From contig OZ223209.1 in the NCBI GenBank assembly GCA_965140415.1, forward strand, positions 3,616,001-3,680,000: 64,000 nt of DNA, in the 5' to 3' direction. Each line of letters starts with the position of its first letter. Positions within the stretch are counted from its first letter, which is position 1. Position numbers and translations under genes: made by a program. The notes under the pieces were generated by a model. It searched no databases. It saw only the letters and a list, made by a program, of their open reading frames with translations, and was not told the DNA's origin. Origin of the DNA: Myxococcota bacterium (GTDB lineage: Bacteria; Myxococcota_A; SURF-8). Below are positions 56,716 to 64,000 of the stretch, piece after piece.

Positions 56716-58545
56716 TTGGTCGGACAACCTTTCGTACAAGGAATACTGAGTTTACTCCTATTCGCCTTAGCTGGCCGAATTGCAAGGAGGCTTCGCAATC
56801 TCGGAACGGGAAATCGCTGGAATGCGGTAACGATACTGCTGACACTTCTACTTATTTACCAAGTATTCTCTCTTGCTGTTCTGTCGTTCATTTCAACAAT
56901 TACATTACCACCCATCCCTATCGAGGCCGCAGCCACGGCTCTTGCATTGCTGATGATTGTCGGATTTGGGCAGCTTCAAGATATGGTTACATCCAGATTA
57001 CAAGGCAATCAGGAACGTGATGAAATCCAACAAAACGTGGAAAAAGAAGTTCAGAAACGAACACAGGAAATTCTACAATCAGGAGAAGAACACTTTAAGC
57101 TGGTGATGGAACAGTCCCCCTTGCCTTTCGAACTCTATGACACCAGTGGAATAATGGTATTTGCAAACGAAGCTTGGGCACAGTTGTGGGGGATACACAG
57201 CCCGAAATCCATGATGGGAGAATACAACGTTCTTGAAGATGAACAGGCACAAAACCTGGGATACAGTGATGGATTTAAAAAGGCCTTGCAAGGACAGTTC
57301 GTGGATATTCCCGAAGCCTGTTACAACCCAAAAGAACACCACAATCCGAGTCGCAAGCGCTATTTGCACTCCAGAATCTATCCACTGCAAGGTCGCTCCG
57401 GCAAAATAAAGTACGTGTCCATTACTCATTTCGACATTACAGAGCAAAAACATTCGGAACTTCAGTTACTTAAAAACGAACAGCAATTAAAAGCTACTAA
57501 CGAACGCCTGCGCCGCTCCATCAATGAATTGGAAAAGCGCAATCGAGAAATTGCACTGCTGAATCAAATGATTGAACTATTACAAGCCTGCCGCTATGCG
57601 GAAGAAACTTATGCCATTTTGAACATGACCCTGGAAAAAATCTTCCCTGAAGACTCCGGTGTTATTCACCTATATGATCAAACACATCAGAGAGCGGAAA
57701 TCGTTAGCAATTGGGGAAATAATTCCAATTACCTTCGTGGTTTTTCCAAACTGGATTGCTGGGCGCTACGTCGAAGTAAACCTCACATGGTGGATAAGGT
57801 GGAAATTGCACCGGTATGTGCACACCTGAACCCTCCACCAACCTATGGCTATGTCAGCCTGCCGCTGCAAGTGGAAAATAACACGATCGGAGTGCTGCAT
57901 ATGTTCTTCAGCGGAGGGGATGGACGATCGGAACAATCTCACTTACGCGACATTCATTCCAAACAAAATCTGCTAACCACCATAACAGAACAGTTCTCTC
58001 TGGTCTTTTCCAACTTAAAAATGCGGGAACGCTTACGCAGCCAATCGATACGTGACCCGCTGACCAATCTCTACAACCGGCGCTACCTGGAAGAAACCCT
58101 GGATCGAGAAGAACGCCGAGCCTCGCGTCAACAAGGCTCGCTAGCGATATTGATGATTGATATCGATCACTTTAAAGATTTCAATGATCGCTTTGGTCAT
58201 AAAGCCGGTGACGATATTCTGGTCGGTCTGTCAGAGCGGCTACAGATGAATATCCGTGGAGAGGACATTGCCTGTCGCTACGGGGGCGAAGAATTCGTGT
58301 TGATACTCCCTGGGGCAAGCCAGGAAAATGCCATACACCGCGCAGAGCAAATCCGGCGCGATGTTTCCGACAACCTCAATATCTCCACTGATGGTCACTC
58401 CCTTCATACCATTACCGTTTCGCTGGGTGTTGCAATCTATCCGGATCATGCCCAAAACATTCAAGATGTTCTTAAAGAGGCAGACAAAGCCCTGTATGTA
58501 TCGAAAAATCAGGGCAGAAATGCCATTACGGTAGCTACCTGTTGA
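56716..58545 (+). CDS. Membrane diguanylate cyclase (TM-PAS-GAF-GGDEF)
   Basis: DPLTNLYNRR, DIDHFK, RGED I-site, GGEEF, ADKALY; TTG start uncertain. Confidence 0.92.
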   Translation: MVGQPFVQGILSLLLFALAGRIARRLRNLGTGNRWNAVTILLTLLLIYQVFSLAVLSFISTITLPPIPIEAAATALALLMIVGFGQLQDMVTSRLQGNQERDEIQQNVEKEVQKRTQEILQSGEEHFKLVMEQSPLPFELYDTSGIMVFANEAWAQLWGIHSPKSMMGEYNVLEDEQAQNLGYSDGFKKALQGQFVDIPEACYNPKEHHNPSRKRYLHSRIYPLQGRSGKIKYVSITHFDITEQKHSELQLLKNEQQLKATNERLRRSINELEKRNREIALLNQMIELLQACRYAEETYAILNMTLEKIFPEDSGVIHLYDQTHQRAEIVSNWGNNSNYLRGFSKLDCWALRRSKPHMVDKVEIAPVCAHLNPPPTYGYVSLPLQVENNTIGVLHMFFSGGDGRSEQSHLRDIHSKQNLLTTITEQFSLVFSNLKMRERLRSQSIRDPLTNLYNRRYLEETLDREERRASRQQGSLAILMIDIDHFKDFNDRFGHKAGDDILVGLSERLQMNIRGEDIACRYGGEEFVLILPGASQENAIHRAEQIRRDVSDNLNISTDGHSLHTITVSLGVAIYPDHAQNIQDVLKEADKALYVSKNQGRNAITVATC

Positions 58546-58647
58546 AATCTTTCCAACATACGGAATTCAGATCGATTTTGGATATTGATTGCATTTTAAA
58601 AGCTTACAATATGTTCGAAAGCAGTGCATCAAGCGGATGGAGGGAGC

Positions 58648-59949
58648 ATGTCATCCAGAAAGACCGGACCTGATGTAAACTTGAATCTGAATGTTCGTGG
58701 ACTGGCGATCTCCGCCACACTGGCAATTCAAGAAAGATCCAATCAGTTAAGAGCGGAAGGTCGGCACATCTATCGCCTTGGATTAGGACAATCCCCATTT
58801 CCCGTACCCCATGTCGTTACGGAAGCTCTCAAAAATAATGCACATCAAAAAGACTATTTACCTGTTCGCGGTCTTCGAGCACTACGAGATGCCGTAGCGG
58901 ATTATCACAGTTCACGATGTCGAATCGGAGTTTCCGGGGCAGACGTGATGATCGGACCTGGAAGCAAGGAATTGATGTTCATTCTGCAACTGGTTTACTA
59001 TGGGGATCTGATTATTCCTTCTCCAAGCTGGGTATCACACGCTCCACAGGCCCAGATCATCGGTCGCAAAGTACGCTGGATCCCAACATTCCAGACAAAC
59101 CAATGGAAACTAACTGCAAAAGAATTGGAAAACATCTGCCTGGAGGATCCCGACCGGCCACGCATCGTCATACTTAACTATCCCAATAATCCAACCGGCA
59201 TCACCTATTCCGCTAATGAACTGAAGAAAATTGCACGTATCGCACGTCGGTATCGAATAATCGTATTATCAGACGAAATTTACGGAGAACTGCACCATAC
59301 AGGCCAACACACTTCGATTGCCAGTTTTTACCCGGAAGGCACCATCATCAGCAGTGGGTTAAGTAAATGGTGCGGCGCTGGGGGTTGGCGACTAGGAACC
59401 TTCACTTTTCCCAGACAGCTTCGCTGGCTGCTAGACGCCATGGCCGCTGTCGCAAGTGAAACCTACACATCCACCAGCACTCCCATTCAACATGCCGCCG
59501 TTCGCGCCTTCAAAGGTGGCATGGAAATCGAGCGCTACCTGGTAGATTCCAGGCGAATTCTGTATGCCCTTTCCTCCCGCATCGTGGCAATGCTACACAC
59601 TTCTGGTATTAAACTTTGTAAGCCGGAAGGTGGCTTTTACATGTTCCCTGATTTCAGTCCATTAGCGGAAAAACTTGCCAGACAAGGAATTTCCACCAGC
59701 CAGCAACTTTGCACAAAACTGCTAGAAGATACCGGTGTTGCGACTCTTCCAGGGGCAGCATTCGGGAGACCACCAAATGAATTGACAGTCCGAGTCGCTT
59801 ATGTAGATTTCGATGGAGCTCAGGCACTAGCCCAAGCGGAACAGGTATCGAAAGATTCACCCCTTAACGAAAATATGCTGAATACTTGCTGCACCAACAC
59901 ACTTGAGGCCTTTGAGAAAATTCTGGAATGGTTGAATTGTTTGTTTTAA
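58648..59949 (+). CDS. Class I/II PLP-dependent aminotransferase
   Basis: LGQSPF, GPGSKE, NYPNNPTG, SDEIY, GLSKWCGAGGWRLG. Confidence 0.92.
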   Translation: MSSRKTGPDVNLNLNVRGLAISATLAIQERSNQLRAEGRHIYRLGLGQSPFPVPHVVTEALKNNAHQKDYLPVRGLRALRDAVADYHSSRCRIGVSGADVMIGPGSKELMFILQLVYYGDLIIPSPSWVSHAPQAQIIGRKVRWIPTFQTNQWKLTAKELENICLEDPDRPRIVILNYPNNPTGITYSANELKKIARIARRYRIIVLSDEIYGELHHTGQHTSIASFYPEGTIISSGLSKWCGAGGWRLGTFTFPRQLRWLLDAMAAVASETYTSTSTPIQHAAVRAFKGGMEIERYLVDSRRILYALSSRIVAMLHTSGIKLCKPEGGFYMFPDFSPLAEKLARQGISTSQQLCTKLLEDTGVATLPGAAFGRPPNELTVRVAYVDFDGAQALAQAEQVSKDSPLNENMLNTCCTNTLEAFEKILEWLNCLF

Positions 59950-60218
59950 GATGATCCCAGGATTTCACAATACGGATGGTTAATTGTAGGAAATATCTTA
60001 CAGTGCTATTTTTCCACGACTTTTTCATGGTTTTTATTGACGAGACATAGGTTGTTCGATACGATGCTCCCTGTTCAGACACACAACCCATTTCGGATTT
60101 GGAAGCACCGTTTGGAAGTGTGGTTTGTACTTGGGCCGAGGATTGATTCCGCTCTTTATTTGGCGCGTGAAGACGGAATTATGGATAATATCACTATTTT
60201 TACGAAAAATAATACAGA

Positions 60219-61160
60219 ATGAATTCTGCAAGTGTTCGAATAGAAGCGACAACCTTCTATGGTTGGAAAGGGTATCGACTCTGGTTGGATGACATCAGTG
60301 TCGGAGTGATTCCGGAGATCGGTGGTCGCATCATTTCGTTGAAACAGTTGGATGAAGAATTACTGTTTGTACAGGACGATCATCTTGGAGAAACCTTTTC
60401 TTTCGATCAGATCAGCGATCTACGCGAGGAAAAACGGCGCTTAGGATTTCGCTTGTGGGGTGGAGATAAAACCTGGATTTCTCCCCAAGAACAATGGTGG
60501 GAAGCCATTCCACCGCTTGAATTGGACGCCGGTGCCTACCGATGCGAACGGGTCTCCGATGGTGTTGTCATGGTCAGTCCTGTATGCCGCGAGACAGGAC
60601 TTTCCATAACGCGGAAAGTACGACTCCTTGCAGACGGACAAATCGAACTTACACAAACGCTGTGCAACCATGGTAAATCGATAGCCACTCGTGGCATCTG
60701 GGATGTTACGCAATGTCTCCGTCCTTTCGATGTCTATTTAAGAGCGAAAGCAGAACAGATCCGAGCGTATCCTAACGAGGGCGATTCCGAACGCCTATTC
60801 GAAACATTGGTCAGCTCTGTTGGAGAATGGACTTGCATTCCCTGTAGGGAAGCCGCTCATTTCAAGTTTGGCGGCAACCTCAATAAAGGTGAATTAATCG
60901 CGCTACGCCATGGCAACAATGAAACCTTGTCGTTCAGCCGTGGATTTGCCATCTCTCCAGATGAACCATACGCACATCAATCCATGGCGGAAATCTACAA
61001 TTCCCCCAGCTATAACTACCTGGAAATCGAAGTCCACGCTCCCTTGCAACCTTTGGCTCATGGCGAAACAATCGAACACAAACAAACGTGGCGGCTTGAA
61101 CGATACAGCGGAAATCTTGAAATCGATGATGTAGTAGCCCTTCAAAACGAGTTCGATTGA
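60219..61160 (+). CDS. DUF4380-like (galactose mutarotase-like fold) protein
   Basis: PEIGGRI, GGDKTWISPQ, YLEIEVHAP, C-terminal W. Confidence 0.7.
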   Translation: MNSASVRIEATTFYGWKGYRLWLDDISVGVIPEIGGRIISLKQLDEELLFVQDDHLGETFSFDQISDLREEKRRLGFRLWGGDKTWISPQEQWWEAIPPLELDAGAYRCERVSDGVVMVSPVCRETGLSITRKVRLLADGQIELTQTLCNHGKSIATRGIWDVTQCLRPFDVYLRAKAEQIRAYPNEGDSERLFETLVSSVGEWTCIPCREAAHFKFGGNLNKGELIALRHGNNETLSFSRGFAISPDEPYAHQSMAEIYNSPSYNYLEIEVHAPLQPLAHGETIEHKQTWRLERYSGNLEIDDVVALQNEFD

Positions 61161-61326
61161 TTCTTATTTTCAGCCTCCCTTCTTCTTCACCAATACACAA
61201 ATCTGCTGGAAATTTGTTTTCCATTATGGTATATTCTATATACTTTACTTACATTACAGGGAATTTCCCTTTAGAAGTTGAAAATTTATTAACACCTTGC
61301 CGATACCCTGATAAAAGGAGCCGGCC

Positions 61327-62835
61327 ATGAATGAAGAGTTTGCGGAACTTATTAACCGATTGCGTGAAGTATCCGATATCCGAATGGCAGAAGGTCTGTT
61401 AGGATGGGACCAGCAAACCTACATTCCCGCAAAAGGACACACAGCCAGAGCACGACAAATTGGAGTATTGTCTTCACTTGCCCATGAACGCCTCTGCTCA
61501 AAGGAACTGAATGACCTGCTGCAATCGTTATCCAAAGACTCCAGTTTGAGTGAAGAGCAACAGGCACTACTTCGTGAGGCAAAACGAGATCGCGAGAAAG
61601 CTGTCAAGGTTCCACATGATTTGGTAAGAGACATCAGTCAAACCGCCGCACAAGCACACAGTATCTGGGTTCAGGCGCGCAAAGAAAACAACTTCTCCAC
61701 TTTCGAACCGATTCTAGCCAAACTAGTGGAGTTAAAACAAAAAGAAGCGGAAGCTCTTGGTTATGACGAAGATGGTTGTAGCTATGACGCTTTACTGGAC
61801 GCTTTCGAGCCACGAGCAACGGTAAAGAAACTCAATCCAATCATCGAAACCGTGCGGGATGTATCCGTTGCCGCAGTCAAAGCGATCAGCCAATCCAAAC
61901 GCAAACCCAAATCGGAAATTTTAAGACGCTTCTTCTCCAGGCAGGGACAGCAACGCATTGGAAACGAAGTCACCGCAGCGATCGGATTCGATTTCGAAGC
62001 GGGACGTATTGATGAAGCCGTGCATCCTTTTACATCCAGCTTCGATCCTCAGGATGTGCGTCTGACGACACGCTACGACGAAGACTGGCTGCCAACCAGC
62101 CTTTTCGGGTTAATCCATGAAGCCGGGCACGGCATGTACGAACAGGGATTGCCGGTGGAACATGTGGGAACGCCGCTTGGAGAAGCGGTTTCGCTCGGCA
62201 TTCATGAATCGCAATCCAGATTCTGGGAAAACCAGATCGGGCGCAGTTTGTCTTTCTGGAAATACGTTTATCCCGGTCTCAAAGAGGTTTTCCCGACTGC
62301 ACTGGGAGATGTAAACCTGGAGCAATTCCATTTTGCAATCAACACCGTTGCTCCTTCACTCATCCGGGTGGAAGCAGACGAAGTCACCTATAACCTGCAT
62401 ATCATCATTCGCTACGAAATCGAGCAGGATCTATTTTCCGGAAAGATTTCCGTATCCGAATTGCCGAAGATCTGGAACGAAAAAATGGAAGCCTATCTAG
62501 GCATCCGTTCGGAGAGCGATACCAAAGGCGTGTTGCAGGACATTCACTGGTCTTTCGGAGGCTTCGGCTATTTCCCCACATATCTGCTTGGCAATCTGTA
62601 TGCGGCACAATGGATGGCAGCGTTAAGAAAAGACTATCCAAATCTGGACGAGATGATCGCCAACGGCGAGTTTTCAACGATTCGGGACTGGATGCGTGAA
62701 AAGATCCACAAACATGGCCGCCGCTATACGGTATCGGACCTGGCTCGCCTGGCCAGTGGAGAAGATTTAAATCCCGATCATTTCGCCAATTACCTGAAAG
62801 ATCGTTTCGCACCGTTGTACGACGTAAGCTGGTAA
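61327..62835 (+). CDS. Carboxypeptidase, M32 family
   Basis: HPF, DVRLTTRY, HEAGH, HESQS, IRVEADE, GVLQDIHW, GYFPTY. Confidence 0.96.
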   Translation: MNEEFAELINRLREVSDIRMAEGLLGWDQQTYIPAKGHTARARQIGVLSSLAHERLCSKELNDLLQSLSKDSSLSEEQQALLREAKRDREKAVKVPHDLVRDISQTAAQAHSIWVQARKENNFSTFEPILAKLVELKQKEAEALGYDEDGCSYDALLDAFEPRATVKKLNPIIETVRDVSVAAVKAISQSKRKPKSEILRRFFSRQGQQRIGNEVTAAIGFDFEAGRIDEAVHPFTSSFDPQDVRLTTRYDEDWLPTSLFGLIHEAGHGMYEQGLPVEHVGTPLGEAVSLGIHESQSRFWENQIGRSLSFWKYVYPGLKEVFPTALGDVNLEQFHFAINTVAPSLIRVEADEVTYNLHIIIRYEIEQDLFSGKISVSELPKIWNEKMEAYLGIRSESDTKGVLQDIHWSFGGFGYFPTYLLGNLYAAQWMAALRKDYPNLDEMIANGEFSTIRDWMREKIHKHGRRYTVSDLARLASGEDLNPDHFANYLKDRFAPLYDVSW

Positions 62836-62942
62836 ATCGCGGGTTTCTTCCAGAGTCAGACCTTGACCTTTCAATAGCGCTCAACGAATCCTTGAAAGTA
62901 CCGGCTGTGAATAGCAACAGACCGATTGGATAAAAACAAAAC

Positions 62943-62976
62943 AGCCGCTTTCGGTTCAACCGATTGTGGCTTTCTT
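62943..62976. terminator. Hairpin between convergent genes
   Basis: AGCCGC..TCGGT-TCA-ACCGA..GTGGCT followed by TTCTT. Confidence 0.45.
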
Positions 62977-63015
62977 ATATTTTAGAAACAAACAGTAAGA
63001 ATTATTTTGGAACAG

Positions 63016-63492
63016 CTACAGCAAACGACGGTACACTACCGTATGCTCATAATACGGATGTGGCGGCGGATCGTTCAAATCGCTACGTTCGAACCCATTG
63101 ATTTGATAGAACTTCACGGCGTTGCTTGAAATCGCATCCGGGCTGATTCCAACCCTTAGCTCACTAGCACCCATGCTTTGAATATCTTTGATAACCCGGT
63201 GAAGAAGCGCCGTCCCGAGCTTGTGACCTCGGAAATATGGATCGACAAACAGAAATCCCACCCAGTAACTCGCAGACTGGCTAGTAGAAATATAGCCGCC
63301 GATTGCAACCAGATCCCCCTCCCATTCCAACACATAATGCTGTCCGTTTAAGGGATCGATCTCATCTTGCTCGAAATACAGGCGGAAAAACTCACGCGCT
63401 ACATCTTCATCGTTTTCATCATGTCGAGAAATAATTCCAAGAGCGCGTTCCAGATCCTTTGGTTCAATGGGACGTATAAAATAGTCGTCCAT
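63016..63492 (-). CDS. GNAT family acetyltransferase
   Basis: LFVDPYFRGHKLGTALL motif A; NAVKFYQINGF. Confidence 0.9.
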   Translation of the reverse strand: MDDYFIRPIEPKDLERALGIISRHDENDEDVAREFFRLYFEQDEIDPLNGQHYVLEWEGDLVAIGGYISTSQSASYWVGFLFVDPYFRGHKLGTALLHRVIKDIQSMGASELRVGISPDAISSNAVKFYQINGFERSDLNDPPPHPYYEHTVVYRRLL

Positions 63493-63606
63493 TCATCACT
63501 CCATTGCTAAACCGAAATATACCGACTATACATATTGTATTGATAGCCACAAGTTTTGTAAAGCTTCGAACGAAAAAAAAGAATTTGGGTGTTTCCCCAA
63601 GATGAA

Positions 63607-64000
63607 CTACTCCAATACGACAGACTGCCTGCCCAGAATCAATTCTACCTGATCGAACATCTCTCCGCAGGGATCGACACGCCATTTATTGGGCAAGGTA
63701 ATCACGACTTCATACTCCTCCTTGTCCAGATGGCAAATCACCGGAGTATCCCCTTTGTGCCGCTCGCACACCATGGCCAGCCGTTGCAGGTTTTCCTTGT
63801 CGATTGTTTCCGGCAAATGCATGTGCAAGCGCTTGCTCTTCGACTTCATCACTTCCAGCAAGGATTCCACTTTTAACACCCGCAGCATCGTGACGGCATC
63901 CGCCCCTTCTCCATCCATCATGACGGCACCACTGACCAGCACCGGCTCGTCCTTTTTCAACTGCTCTTCACATTGTTCGTAGGCGCGATTGAACACCCTG
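63607..64000 (-). CDS. dnaE: DNA polymerase III alpha subunit, C-terminal end (partial)
   Basis: VF..AY....L..DEPVLVSG OB-fold end, followed by L..VCERHKGDTPV tail typical of DnaE. Confidence 0.7.
   Translation of the reverse strand, partial: RVFNRAYEQCEEQLKKDEPVLVSGAVMMDGEGADAVTMLRVLKVESLLEVMKSKSKRLHMHLPETIDKENLQRLAMVCERHKGDTPVICHLDKEEYEVVITLPNKWRVDPCGEMFDQVELILGRQSVVLE

Overview
Bacterial chromosomal window of about 50% GC with AT-richer patches. Gene content (TIGR04552-like protein, MYXO-CTERM-like tails, Cys-rich lipoproteins, NfnAB, phoH-HD-ybeY-lnt) suggests a deltaproteobacterial or Myxococcota-like organism; this is inference. Housekeeping genes are rnpB, phoH, a 7TM-HD phosphodiesterase, ybeY, lnt, nfnAB, an rlmL-like methylase, pgi, tilS, a lolE-like permease, a ROK kinase, recG, greA, an M32 peptidase and the 3' end of dnaE. 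The main accessory content is: (i) seven exported Cys-rich proteins sharing an acidic DGD motif, one of which appears to be a circularly permuted esterase; (ii) a co-oriented trio of a RelA/SpoT-synthetase-like TIGR04552 protein, a tandem cNMP-binding protein and a HAD phosphatase, a candidate undescribed nucleotide-signalling module; (iii) a phosphorelay-to-sigma54 cascade with readable enhancer sites and a -24/-12 promoter driving a frameshifted MCP; (iv) a lone AT-rich HEPN-motif gene. No CRISPR array, tRNA, rRNA, transposase or integrase was seen. All family assignments come from motif recognition by eye, not from database searches.
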